Below, in pieces: positions 23,538 to 36,418 of a stretch of DNA of 64,000 nt (its first letter is position 1; every line of letters begins with the position of its first letter). Below the pieces are notes generated by a model that did not search any database, was not told the origin of the DNA, and was given only the letters and a program-made list of their open reading frames with translations. The stretch covers positions 1,550,001 through 1,614,000 of the forward strand of contig NW_026250403.1 in NCBI RefSeq assembly GCF_024521635.1, read 5' to 3'. Both the position numbers and the translations under genes were made by a program. This DNA is from Tricharina praecox. Taxonomy: Eukaryota.

Positions 23538-25214
23538 ATGTCCGTTCTATTGGAGCTGGGCGAGGCGGGCGATATCGTCATTGACCTGCTCGTCGACTAC
23601 GCTCCGCGCACCTGCGAGAATTTTCTGAAGCTGTACGCAAATCCCACCCCCCCCCTCCCAAAAAAAAATATATAAAAAAAAGATAAAAAAAATCCCAATA
23701 TCGCGCTCATTCGGCGTTCATTCCTTTCCGTACGGCGACCCTAGCCTTCTGAAATCTCCCGCTTCGGGAACCTACAATCACCAACCAACTAACACCACGT
23801 TCGGAACCGCTGTCAGATGCAAAGTGAAATATTACAATTTCTCTCCAATATACGGTGTCCAGAGAGACTTTTCGTTCCAGACCGGCGACCCAATCGGACC
23901 AGACTCGCCAGACTCAGATGGTGGTTCGTCTATATGGGGCCTTATCGACGGCCCGTCGCGCCGCTTCTTTCCGGCGGAATTTCACTCGAAATTGAAACAT
24001 TCGGAGCGCGGAACCGTCAGCATGGCTACCGCTCCAGCTGCAAGTAACCCCGATGAGAGGGTTAGCGGGAGTCAGTTCATCATCACCCTAGGGGACAATC
24101 TAGACTATCTTGACGGCAAGTCATCGGTCTTCGGCAAAGTCGTGGAGGGATTCGATGTGTTGGAGAAGATCAACAACGCTTTCTGTGACGGCAAGGGAAG
24201 GCCGCTGAAAGACATCAGAATACGGCATGCGATAATCCTGGAGGATCCGTTCCCCGATCCCAAGGGTTTGGTTGAACCGCCAGAGAGTCCCGTCCCATCA
24301 GCTGCCCAGTTGGCAACCGTCCGAATCGCGGAGGATGAAGAGCTCGATGTTAACGAAGATCCTGAAGTGGCTGAAAAACGGAGGCGAGATCGGGAGGCTA
24401 AGGCACAAGCTCTTACGCTAGAGATGGTCGGAGATCTACCATTTGCCGACGTCAAACCACCAGAAAACATTCTGTTTGTATGCAAGCTCAATCCAGTCAC
24501 ACAAGGTACGTGTTGTCGGGGGGAGGGGGCTTGTTCCGTTATCCGACCCCATTGACTGACGTGAACCCATTTCAGACGAAGACTTGAATCTCATCTTCAG
24601 CCGCTTTGGCAAGATTCTCTCGTGTGAGGTCATTCGGGACAAGAGGACTGGTGATAGTCTGCAGTATGCATTTATTGAGTTTGACGATCAGAAAGCCTGC
24701 GAACAGGCCTACTTTAAGATGCAAGGTGTTTTGATTGACGACCACAGGATTCACGTGGACTTTTCCCAGAGTGTAAGCTCTCCCGAGCCCCGACCGACTC
24801 TACGTTTACTTACATCAAAGACAGGTGTCGAAATTGTCCACTAGCTGGCGGACAAACACCAACGAAAAACGCCAGAAACAGGCCAATTCGCATGGGTTTG
24901 GCGGATCATCGCAGCTGCAGCGACGGGGGCAATACCGGGAAGACACAAGAGCACCGCGTAATGATGGGCAGCACGATCTCGTTTTTGATGCTCCTGATGT
25001 CAAAAGAAAGGAAGAGCCTCCGCGCCGCAGAGAACAGGACCGTCACCGTTCATCTCGCGGACACGATGACGGAAGAAGCAAAGACACGAAAAGGTACCGG
25101 AGTCGTAGCCGTAGCAGAGATCGAAGGAGGGAAAGTGATAGGCTCCGTCACAACCGAAGTCGCAGTCCAAGAAGGCATCGTGATCGCGATGACCGTGACC
25201 GGTACAGAAGGTGA
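23538..25214 (+). CDS. PPIL4: Peptidyl-prolyl cis-trans isomerase-like 4 (cyclophilin-RRM-RS protein, PPIL4/Rct1 family)
   Basis: Exons 23538-23632, 23817-24505, 24576-24772, 24825-25214. Cyclophilin domain MSVLLE...GDIVIDL...[32 protein letters not shown]...SLQYAFIEF...[12 protein letters not shown]-rich tail. Confidence 0.95.
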
Positions 25215-25430
25215 TCATAGGTCATCACTCATTCTTCTTCATGTACGGTATGTAGTAAAACAGGACTTGGATTCCCCGAATATTCTTAAAGAGATTGATC
25301 AGTGGTGGCTGGCATAGCCTACAATCCTACACGTGTATTATCTATGGAAGTTTGTCCTGTTCAACCAATTCATTATCCATGGCTTATGCTTTAGTTTCTC
25401 GAAGCACTGGACGGTCGATGGATTAATTAA

Positions 25431-25512
25431 GGCGTGACATCGAACAAGGCCGGCTTTCCGTTATGCCTTGGCGTGACGTCGAACAAGGCCGGCTTTCCGT
25501 TGTTCCTTGGCG
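25431..25512. repeat. 39-bp tandem duplication
   Basis: ggcgtgac(a/g)tcgaacaaggccggctttccgtt(a/g)t(g/t)cctt at 25431 and 25470. Confidence 0.9.
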
Positions 25513-27840
25513 CGATACTCCTCCGTCTCTTGTGAAGAATGGATCACTTACGCACCAATTCATCAACATTTACCGACAGACGCAGGAAGCCACACGAGAT
25601 GCGAAGGTAGGGAGAGGAGCGTATATGGTCCCCTCCACCATGCACCATGACACTGCCAACAGACTTCCATTAGAAGCAAAACTGTAGGACGTCTTTTACA
25701 TTGGCGTTACCAGTTCTCGGAAGTGCGCGGGTATTTGTTCCAGACCGAACTGGCGCTGGCAGTACAACATTACCCGATGGGGACAGTCGTTCTCGTCCCC
25801 TGATCCGTTTTCAAGGCAATCATATTATGCAGCGCCCGATCGGGCGTTAAATGGCACTTTCCCAAACGAAGTCCATTCTCACGACGACAATACTCATAAT
25901 CATACGCATGACCACAACCCATAACTCCGCCAGCTTCGCCCTCTGTGGTTTGGTATCGCTTTCTATGAGTGTGGCATATATCTACATTATGGTTGTTTTT
26001 TGTTGTGAATTTCTCCACGGGACAAGGCGATGGACGAGGTCCGGTGATGCATAGTGGCGGTGCTCCCACCATTGTCGGTGGTCATCAACTATCACGTCTG
26101 ACTACACATCACTCTGGGATGATTTCAACACCACAAATAACCATCTAAATCAGTCACCCAACTTTCTCACGATGGTCAATCACATGAATGAAATTGTTCG
26201 GGCTTCGGGGGGAGCTGGCGACAGAGTTTCCGAATTTCCTTGTTTTTGACATTGAAGCACAGATCATGGCCGAGCTGAGGGATCAGCAGGAGAATTTGGG
26301 GGCAGAGGCTTTGGTGCTCTTACACGGGTCACTGGGATACCCACCCCCCGTCAGCTGTGGGGCAAAACAGCCCGACAACTCTGGTTAACCTGTGCTTTGC
26401 TTTCGTCGGTCGGCCACGCATCGCCGCCGGCGTGTATGTATGCGTTATGCACCCACGGACCCTCCTCCTCCTCCCCTCCTCCGCATTTCTGCCAGCAAAT
26501 GCCGCTGCCGACCGGGTATGTATTCGTCTCGATGCTCGGACTTTTGTTCCCGATTTTCCTTTTCATTTACATTTATTTTACTTTCCCCCTCCCCCGAGTC
26601 CCCCCAGTCCCCACGTCCCCTCGTGTGGCGTGTCAGCGTCCACGCGTTGCATGTTTATGCAGGAATTCAAAAAGTCTCCCTTTATCGCTGGATTTTGTGG
26701 GAGGCTGCCGATAAATACAGTAACCAGAGTATAGTACATGAGTTGTACATCGTTGCCGGCTGGGAAGCCGCAGCAACTCTTGTAATTCAAAGTACTCTAT
26801 GATATACTCCACTTCCACTCATTTATGATAGGAGATATCAAGAAACGCTTCCCCACAGTCCAATCACGGATTCCATAACCCCCAACGAACGGAAACGGAT
26901 GAATCCGCCGGCAGGAGCGGCGTCGTGGTGGGGGAAAATTTTGCAACTGCAACTGCAAACTTCGACCCAACAGCTGAAAATGGTATCTCGAAAAGAAAAC
27001 AATCGGATTGGCTTGCGGAAAAAAGAAGAAAAAATTCAGCAGAAAATCAGCCTGCATATTTCCCTCAAAGATAGCTTCCATCCTTCATCCGGGCGAGACG
27101 AGACGAGGCGGGGGCGGGTTTATGGTTAGATAAGGCAGGATTTTGGGGGGGTTATTTCAGCTACAAAGTACTCTAGATATGCGGCTCTATCGCCTACCTG
27201 GACACTCTATACGGTATCCTGACGACAGTGCGGAATCCGAAGGCTATTTTGCTTCGATTTCTCGCTCGGTCTTGGAGCGTCGTAATCAAGCGACCAAAGA
27301 CTGTGTCTCTGGATATTCGTGGCGAGCCTCTTGTTTGAGTACACCTGTACTGCGTTGATTGATTCGTGGTTATACATAACCGGCATGGCAGGCCTGAGGC
27401 AGCGATATGGATCTCTCTGGAGAAAGAACCAAAGAACGGGTTCGGCCTGCAGCGGCTCCTGCAACTCGCGCTAGACCATCGCATATCTACCGCTCCAATT
27501 GGTTTGGCGGTGCACCGTTGTCAAGTTCCTTAGCCAGGTACCTTAATCCCTGGCGGGACGTAGATGGCTGGGGGCAGTTGGCAGGGTGGTGGGAGATCGC
27601 TCAAGAGTGTCCGGGACAGCGACCGAGGGACTGACTGACTGACTGATACATAGAACACCGATCTCGAACTCGCCCAGCATAGAAAGAGAGAGAAGAACCT
27701 CCAGCCAGCCAGCCACCCCTCCTCCTCTCATCCGACACAAAACACCAAGATCTCACGACAACAACAACAACGACGACAATTACCACGGCGCTGCAGCAGC
27801 GATCTGGTCGAGCAACAAGCGAAGTCAACACAACACAGCC

Positions 27841-30320
27841 ATGTCCGCATCCGTATCCACGGACCACGATTCCGACGACGAAGATGCCTCGCTCGAGTCC
27901 TTGACGCGGAACCTTTCACGACACACGCAGCGGCCCATGAGCGTGCATTCGCTGGGAGGAGTGGCGTGTTGTTGCGGGAGTGACCAGTGCGAGTCACTTC
28001 ACAGGAACCAGGCGATGCTGCAGGAACTCGAGGGCCAGATGAAGATTGCGGGTACGCTTGGAAAGGTCAGTCCGGCCACCGTCAGTTCTGGGGGGAGGGA
28101 GATGCGATACTTCTTCTTCTCCTTCTCGTCGTGTTCTTCTCGCGTGTGCGCACCCTTCCTTTCTCGACGTTTCGTTTCACCCCCTTCTCCTGGAGCTGGA
28201 GCTTGTGTTCCCCGACGCGAGATGTTTGTGTTGGCGATAGTTACGTCGACGGTCGTCCTTGTCGTCGTGTTTGTTTTTGTCGTGGTTGGCGTCAGGTACT
28301 TTGAGTTGCTTGTTGGGTTACTGCATTTATTGCCATGCAGTATGATGCACGACACGCACGCATACACACACACGCCCACCCACACACACACAAGAAAAGA
28401 GGAGAGAGGTAGCTGACATGAAACTGGCCGGATCCGGTGCATCGTAGGCACTTCTCAAACGACACGAAAGCTCGATGGCGGAAGCAGAATCCCGCCAAGC
28501 GTCCACCGCGATGGTCCTGGAGGAGTTGGAGAGCCAGAACGCCCAGTTAGAAGTCGAGAACGAAAAGACGCTGGAGGAGAATAAGCGGCTCTTGCGCGAT
28601 CTTGAGGAGCTCAACTCGAGCATGGCCATGTCCGAACTGCGAGTGAGGGAACTACAGGAAGATCTGGATGCTGCGCATGTAAGTGCACTGCAATGACATC
28701 GTACACTGCCGTCACCAATTCCCCCCACCCCGGTCCATCTATTCATCCATCCATCCGTACGTCTGTTGCGTGGGGGAGGGGGTTGTTTTTGCCATCTGCG
28801 GGAATGTTGATTGAAGCGTTGTTTGACAGGCCGAGTTATCTCGGATTTCTGCACATGCAGCTCGAACAGCGGTTCTCGAGGCGCAGCTGGCAGTCTTGGA
28901 GAGCGAACAGGAGGAACTGCGGAACACCATCACCACCACAAAGGAGGAGGAGCGGGCTGCGGTCGCGCGATGGAAACGGGCCGAACGTCAACTTGCAGAG
29001 CTCGAAAACCAGCTGGAGCGGATACAGCGCGAGCACACGTTGGAGCGTGCGCGATCCAAGAACATCCTTGAACGGATGGAACAACGCAAGCTGGCGAGTC
29101 AGAGGGCTGGGACATTCCCTACGACGCTGGCGGCGGACAAGAACGCCATCAGCCGCTTCATGAAGGAGATACTCGCGGAGAATGGGCACCTGCAGCTGGG
29201 CGTCGCAGAGCTGAGGGACATGCTGGCGCAGTCGCAGGAGGAGATCAAGATGCTGCGCGAGAAATTGGAAGTCATGGGTAGCGACCACCACATCCAGGTC
29301 GACTCCGGCAGGTCGCCTTTGAGCATGGAGCTCGCGCGATCCCCGTCGCCGCAGAGTTCCACGACAGCCGCAGGCGTAGTCGTTCACCACCACCACTATC
29401 ATGCACTCCCCGGCAACAAGGGGAAAGCCATCAAACCCCCGCTCAGGCGTCCGAAGAAGAAGAAGAACATTTCCGGCGATCACCATATCGACACACTTCG
29501 CGTCCAAGGATTCGATGCTGCCAGTGGTTCCTCGAGCAGGGCGCCAAAACGCTGGTCAACGTCAACGGGCGCTCTCTCTTCGTCGCCCACCTCCACTTTC
29601 CGTGACTCGTCGATCTTTGATCGCATGGACAACGGCGACGACACCTCGCGTCCGACCAGTGCAGACTCGAACTATGCACCGTGGCCCAAACAATCTTGGG
29701 GGAAACATACCCGCAAGGTCTCCCACCCGCCACCCTTCACCATTCTCAACACTACCCAAGAAGTGTCTTCGGATCCTGAGAGCATTTCTCGCTCTCCGCC
29801 ACAGCCGTCTCCAATGCGGGCGGCTTCACCTCCCATTCCAATCCTAAAGCGCTCGGTATCCCACGAGAGTCTCTTGTCAATATCCGCGCTCGATCATTCG
29901 GCGTACCACACGTCCCCCGCGCTCTCGGTATCGTCGTTCACGTCTCGGCGGCCTGATCTGAGAAGCCATAGATCGAGAGTCAATGATCCACAAGCAAGCA
30001 TCACACACGGAGTGGCAATCCGAGATAGTCCCGGAAGCAGCCAGTGGGGAGGCTCAGCGTACAGCCGGCTACTGGGGCTTGCTGAGGGTAGCCCGCCTAC
30101 CGGCAAGACCCTTTCCCGGAAACCGTCTGCCGCCAGTAGCAATGGCGCTGGCGGCGGTAGTGGTTGGTTCTGGAAGTACGTTACGTTGGCGCCTGGAGGA
30201 TCGAAACCAGGAAGAAGCGAGGAGCCCAAAGCGAAGAAGCCGATCACGAGGCCGATTGCTGGATTCGTCGACGAGGACTTGCTGAGGGAGTCCTTGGTTG
30301 ACGGGCCAGGATTGTCGTGA
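27841..30320 (+). CDS. Fungal coiled-coil protein with CCCG motif and CC1-box-like segment; function unknown
   Basis: Exons 27841-28065, 28448-28678, 28830-30320 splice in frame. ACCCGSDQC...IAGTLGK|ALLKRHE is followed by about 220 aa of heptad-rich coiled coil, then HHHHYH and a Ser/Pro-rich tail. Confidence 0.8.
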
Positions 30321-30964
30321 GCGGAGCCGGTGTTTTATCTATTATATATACGAAACGGTATGTTTTTTCTTTTGTTGACCTCTCATAGCATAAGGTAGGA
30401 AGGATGTTGGGGGGTTTTTTTTGGAAGGGGATAGAGCATTTCTGGGGCGTTTTGGGCTGTTTTTTTGATTTCTATTCTCATCTCCTACACTGGACCGCGA
30501 TACCCACATGCTAGTGCACTTCTCTGCACTCTTCCTTTGTCTCCGCTCTCTATCGCCACTTCGCACAATCTTTTTCATACCCTTTCTTTTCCTTCACTTC
30601 ATCTTTGGACGGCATTTTACATTGGAACTGGGACTTGTAATTTCATCTTTTGGATAGCATCGCTTTGTCACGGCAGGTACACAGCGGGCAGCGGTTCTTG
30701 GGCTTGCGGACTTCTTGGACAGATCTCATTTGCTATGTCTCTGTACTTAACGCAACGTCACTCCGGGCTTGAGAAGCTCGAATAATAATCTGTGTTTCAC
30801 AAGCAAGTGGCGAAAGTAGTGTGTAACTTCGCCCGAGTTACAGTTCGAGGTGATCAACCGTGAAATCTTGGCGCAGTAGAACCCTGCCCGTTCCCTGCAA
30901 CCCAAAACTTCGAATCTCGAATTTCGAACCCAAACCTCACCACCAAACACCACAACCAACCAAG

Positions 30965-31900
30965 ATGACAGCCTCAATCCCCCTCAAGATCAAGAACGAA
31001 TACTACATACTACCACTAGCTCTCCCCGCAACCCCCTCCGGCGCCCCAGAAGCAACCCACATCCTCTACCTCCGGCGTCACCAACCGCGCATCCCCACAC
31101 CCAACGACAGCCGCACGCTCTTCGTCTCGAACCTTCCCGCCGACGCCACAGATGCGCACCTGCGCACCCTCCTCTCGTCACTCGGCGGCGGCCGCATAGA
31201 ATCCGTCAGCTTCAGCACCGACGCCGCCGCCCCTCCACCCCCCGCGCCCGCCGCTCCCACCACCATCGACTCCAGCACCAAGAAGCGCAAGCGCGCGATC
31301 ACCTCCGGAGGCGGCGAAGCCGCCGCGCTCGCCGCAGCCGCAGAGATCAGGACGTGGGACCGGGCGCTGCAGCGCAGCGGCGCGAACGGGCTCGCGGTAT
31401 TCGTTGACGACGCCAGCTGCGCGGGCGCGCTGCGGGCGATCGAGAAGCTGCGGCGGAAGTCGAAGACCGCGGCGGCACTGCCGGTGTGGGGCGAGGGCGT
31501 GGCCGGTGTTCCAGAGCTGGGGATCGCGAGGTATGCCGCGCATCATAGGCTGAGGTTCCCGGCGTCGGCGAGGCTGCAGGCGAGCGCGGACGCGTTTGTG
31601 GCTGCGTTTGGGGAGGCGGAGGAGGTGGCGAAACAACAGGCGGCCAAGAGGAGGAGTGTCGTCGATGAGGATGGGTTTGTTACTGTTACGAGGGGCGGCA
31701 GGGTTAAGCCTGCGACGCAAGAGGCGGCCAAGGCGGTATTGGATGAGAAGGAGAAGAGGAAGGGGGAGCTTAAGGGCTTTTATAGGTTCCAGATTAGAGA
31801 GGAGAAGAAGACGCGGCAGAACGAGCTGTTGGCGAAGTTTGAGGAGGACAGGAAACGCGTTGAGGAGAGGAAGAAGGGGAGGAAGTTTAGGCCCGAGTAA
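30965..31900 (+). CDS. RRP7: Ribosomal RNA-processing protein 7
   Basis: Intronless. RRM-like RTLFVSNLPADAT. C-terminal VDEDGFVTVTRG...FYRFQIREEKK...KFEEDRKRV...RKFRP. Confidence 0.93.
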   Translation: MTASIPLKIKNEYYILPLALPATPSGAPEATHILYLRRHQPRIPTPNDSRTLFVSNLPADATDAHLRTLLSSLGGGRIESVSFSTDAAAPPPPAPAAPTTIDSSTKKRKRAITSGGGEAAALAAAAEIRTWDRALQRSGANGLAVFVDDASCAGALRAIEKLRRKSKTAAALPVWGEGVAGVPELGIARYAAHHRLRFPASARLQASADAFVAAFGEAEEVAKQQAAKRRSVVDEDGFVTVTRGGRVKPATQEAAKAVLDEKEKRKGELKGFYRFQIREEKKTRQNELLAKFEEDRKRVEERKKGRKFRPE

Positions 31901-32059
31901 TCCGATGGACTTGATGGTGGAGAAAAGTGTTTTTATTTGGGCTCGCTGTATTCAGGCTCCGGAGTTGATCTTAATTGCAAATGATGTTTATGCTGTGGTA
32001 GGTATCTTTCGGATATCATCTAAACTAAATTCTACATCTCCTTCCGGCACTCATTCTCC

Positions 32060-33612
32060 TCAAAATCCTTTTTCAGCCAGCTTATCTGGAGTATCGTGCA
32101 CCACATCAGCCACCGCTCCCCCACTACCCCACTACCCCAAGAAGAACTCACCAGTAATAGCGCAGTAAAATGCCAGCGCATTAAAGTCCCTCTTCACGCC
32201 GATCAAATTGCCCACCGCGAATCCAACACGATTGACCCAATTTATGATGCTGAGGTGATTGACGCCCACCAAGGTCCCTTCGTATGTCCCCCACCTTGCC
32301 GATTTGACGGATACCAGCCCGTCATTCGGACCCTCTGTTTCCTGGATTACGCGGTGCGGTGCGTACCAGATGTTGTAGAATTGAGGCGCGAAGGTGGCGC
32401 CGTATGAGAAGTAGCTGACGTTGGGGTCGTTGGGGACGGCCGGATTGAAGGTCTCGTCCATGTACTTCGTGGTGAGTTGTGAGAAGGCGCCGGTTTGGAA
32501 TCCCATCTTGTGAAGGACACGGTAGATCCGGGGTAGGTTATGCGCTATGGACGGAGTCAGAGAGACATATCTTGGACCGAAAGGGGGTTACAGACGTCCA
32601 ATAGTGGAAAACATGCGGTCGGCGAAGGATGAGCCTGTGAATATTAGCGAGTGATATAATGTGCTTCAGAATGTGGCCATACCATGGTGAGGAGTGGCAA
32701 CAGTCGTGAGAGACAGCACCTTGAAGTCGGTCGGTTTGAGTATACTGATCATATACCTGGCATCGATCCCACTATCGTAGCCAATTGGTCAGTCGACCAT
32801 CCACAGTTCCCCAAGGGGCCAAATACTCACCCCTAAACACTCCAATCCATACCCGCAGCCCACGTCAGCCCACTGTTCCTCCCACAGTATCAACCACGGT
32901 AAACGCACCATACTATGCCTACATGTCGTCAGTCCTATGTACCTCCCCCAGATTCCAGATGCGGCACACGTGGGCCTCCTACCCAATCAAATTAACACTC
33001 TTCCCGACGCCACCTGCCTTCCTGATCCCTTCCGCCAAAGCCTCGGCCCTCTGCTCGATCGTCGACGTCGGCGGAACTGTCGATACGATTACCTGCACCC
33101 CACGGGCCTGGAGGCAATCTGAGATTCCACGCCAGTCTACCACACGGACGGGTCAATAGCTGTAGCGATAGTGTCAATGGGAGGGAGGGAGGGAGAGAAC
33201 GTTACATTCGATCCCCGGAATCCAGTTCCCCGCCAGTCGCAGTTTGTCAAAGCCCATCAAGCCATGGCACTAAGTACTCTCTACATCAGCCCTCCCGGTC
33301 CCCTCCCTTCGTCCTCCTCCTTAGGGTGGCACACACCAAAACAACCGGATTCTTCGGTGCCTCTATGTACATATCACCCGATCAGCCGTCACCTCCCTAG
33401 ACAACCCAACTCAACCAACACGACGGGTACCTACTATAACTCTCCCTCAAATCGGCGAACTCATCCTTCAACTCGCGCACACGGGGGTCTTCCCACGCCT
33501 TCTGTTTCGCCTCGTTGCTGTCGGCTCTCGGCCCGGTTGCTGTGCCTGTGGAGTAGAAGCGGATCCAGATCAGAGCTGGCGGACGGCCGCGGACCATTGT
33601 GATGCAGTTCAT
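32060..33612 (-). CDS. TGL2: Triacylglycerol lipase, alpha/beta hydrolase (Tgl2-like, probable mitochondrial presequence)
   Basis: 10 exons: 33612-33435, 33362-33337, 33269-33206, 33136-32983, 32918-32909, 32832-32831, 32771-32683, 32634-32596, 32544-32152, 32085-32060 (981 nt, in frame). Motifs PVVLCHGLMGFD, YWRGI, VNLIGHSMGGIDARY, TVATPHHGS, NDGLVSV, NHL. Confidence 0.9.
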
Positions 33613-34258
33613 GGAGTTTTTTTTTTCGGGGGTGTCGTGCGAGATTTTGGGAAAAGATGCGGTGGATCTCTGGTACCCGGGGGACGGGATAGTGAGCATG
33701 ACAGGGAAAAGGACTATGATATCACCGGTGACAGGGTTCTGCGGGAAGCGAGTGCATGGGCTTTGGGGATGTGGATGCACTACGGTATCATCACTCGAAC
33801 GAGAGCTTCACAACTTTTCGTTCTGGTGTTGGATGGGTGCGCGGGACAGTGTGGGGGAACCGGTTTGTAACTGCCATGATCTACTAAGGTTGAATGCAAA
33901 AATGACTAAACAAGAAACAAAAAAAGATGCACACGTTTGAGGACCCGGATTCACTGCTCTACTGACGTCTGAGCTTTTTGTGCATCAGGTGGGAGTGATA
34001 CAATATCATTTGCACGTATCCTTAGACAATCAAATGAACACAATGATACCTGACTAGGTTTGATCATCACAGATTCTGTAAAATCCATCCCCATGCAACC
34101 GAAATGGTTCAGACGTGAGTATGAATCATGTCAATCACGCACACAAACTGGTATGAAAACACCTTTAATGCCCGATCCAAACAACGCCGAAGAAGAAAAC
34201 ATTAACAATGACAGCCATCCGGTCCGTATGAGCTCGCACATAAACCCCGTGACGACGT

Positions 34259-35195
34259 TTACCTCCTCTTACGATCTCCCATCAAGCCACCGAGCCGTCC
34301 CTTGAGCCTCCTCCTGCCAGCATTCGATGTCCAGGCAGTGCTTCCAACTTCACCAAACGACGAATCGTCCAGATCCATACCGTCATCTTCTTCCACGTTG
34401 CCCCTAAAATCTTCAGCGCTCTCCGAGATAACCCTCTTTCCCTTGCCACCAACCGCCTTATCCTGATTCTTGAGCTCCTCCTTCCTAGCTGCAACAAACT
34501 TCTCGTACTCCTCGCTGTCCTTCTTCTTCCGCAGCGCCTCTCGATTCACCTTCTCCATCTGCTCGTCGATATCTGCAAGGACATCATCACACTGTTTGCA
34601 CCAAGCGTTCAACGTTTCCACCATGCTCTGGATCTCGACCGGCGCCACGTCGCGTCCAGCGGTAGAAGAGACTTCGACCAGCTGCGACGCAGTATCGAGC
34701 TTCGCATGTAGCAATCCCGCGTAGATGGCCGAGATGATGAGGTCCTCCAGGATGCGGACGCTTGGGAGCTCGAGCGACTTCAGGAGGGACGGGTATGTGA
34801 GGTGTTCCGATCCGCGCGACGCAATGGTGATCAGCGAGAGCTGCTTGAGCTTTTCGAGCTGCTTCTCGTTGAGCGCGGGGAGGTTCGGGTTCGCTGTTAC
34901 ACCTTAGCCTACCTAGGCACGAGCATTCAATCGCGGCCGCACGGAACGGATGTTACTTACTCCGGTATTCTGCTAAGCTGCCGTAGGCAAAGATCCTGAG
35001 GAGCTCAAAGTATGGGAGTCCGTCGGGGTTGGACGAGAGAGCTTGGATGCCGGGGCATTCGAGGAGCTCGGAGAAGACGTAGGTGCCTGGCGCTTGGGTA
35101 GCCTGCACCACTAGGTCCGCGGCTGCTCGACCCGTAGCATTCTTTGCGAGCAGGATGAAGGGTTGTAGAGCTGTGATGTATCTCTGGTCGGCCAT
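34259..35195 (-). CDS. CSN7: COP9 signalosome subunit 7 (PCI domain)
   Basis: Exons 35195-34961 and 34893-34259. LQPFILLAKNATGRAAADLVVQATQAPGTYVFSELL, LLRIFAYG, KLKQLSLITIAS, LEDLIISAIYAGLLHAKLD...GRDV. Confidence 0.9.
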
Positions 35196-35349
35196 TGTTG
35201 GAGAGAAGGAAGCTTGTTCGAGGGTGGTGGGGATGCGAGGGTTCACAACTGGAGCTTGAGGTGGGGGATGTGGGTGCGTCGAGCAAGTTTATTGAGTGGT
35301 CATTTTCTTGTCATTAGGAATCATGTTAAGCGAGCAAGCGGGGCGAGGC

Positions 35350-35951
35350 TGAGTCAGACGAGGCTGCGTCGGTAAGGCTTCGAGCGAGTGCGATAGTGTG
35401 TTTTAGTTATCTACAGTTCATTTGGGGGGGACAAACTCTGAGAGTGAGGAAAAGAGACTTTGAACTACCAGAAGAATGATGAAAGATTGACGACGCAAAT
35501 CACATGGACAGCCCGAGGGATGTCATTCTTCCCGTGCTGGTTTCCAGCAGAAATACTTTTCATTCCGATTCCGCCACTACATTCAGGCGATGATTTATAT
35601 CGGAAGTTGATGAATAAGAGAAGAGTATGATGATGAAGATGGAGCGAGAGCGGACGGATGATGAGTTTCAATTTGATGATACAATGTTTGACGAGATTCA
35701 GCAGAGCAATGGATTGATTGTGTTACTTTTTTGTTTGGTTCGCTTAGATGACTTGGATTTTCGGGTAGTCAATTTTGTGTTATGAGTGGTCATTCTTATT
35801 AATTGACTCATCATTGTTTTAGGTATTGACTACGGTAAAGAAAAACAGATCGGCGACTCAATAAAACAATTGACTCTGCAATCACAACCCAACAAAACAT
35901 TATCTCAACAAACAATGACTCCTCGACCTGAGAATGACAACGAAATGACTC
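35350..35951. promoter_or_regulatory. Cluster of TGA(C/G)TC (Gcn4/CpcA/AP-1-like) sites in the divergent CSN7-ThrRS promoter
   Basis: TGAGTCA at 35350, TGACTCA at 35804, and TGACTC at 35871, 35916 and 35946, in an AT-rich intergenic region. Confidence 0.4.
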
Positions 35952-36418
35952 GGCAACATCATGTCCGGCTTCACAATCCCACCATTGCTTAACGCTAAAC
36001 TCATACAGTTCACCAACATGGAGGTCTCCTAACTTGGCTTTTGTCAACACACTCATAAGCGGAACCGTTTTAATGTCGCGTATCCTAAAACCACCCTCGT
36101 GCTTTCTCTGCGTCAACTTGCTTTGGCGCGCTGACTTAGCTGTAACCCTCGTATTCTCACTCGGTATACGATAGCGACAGAACGGCAATGCATAGGAGAA
36201 ATCAAAAAAAAGACACATGCAATAGAACAAGAATGTACACGAGAAGGTTCCATTGCTTCCCGGAGCATCTTTAGCATGAACTAGTTCCCAAAGCTTTCAT
36301 GCTTATATCGGACGTAATGACGTCCGAAGCACGTGACAGAACCCTGGTCTAAAAAAAGGATCGAACGTCCATCCCACATGCTCAACCGAAAGCCAACGTC
36401 TCCCCCGCATTTCCCTCA

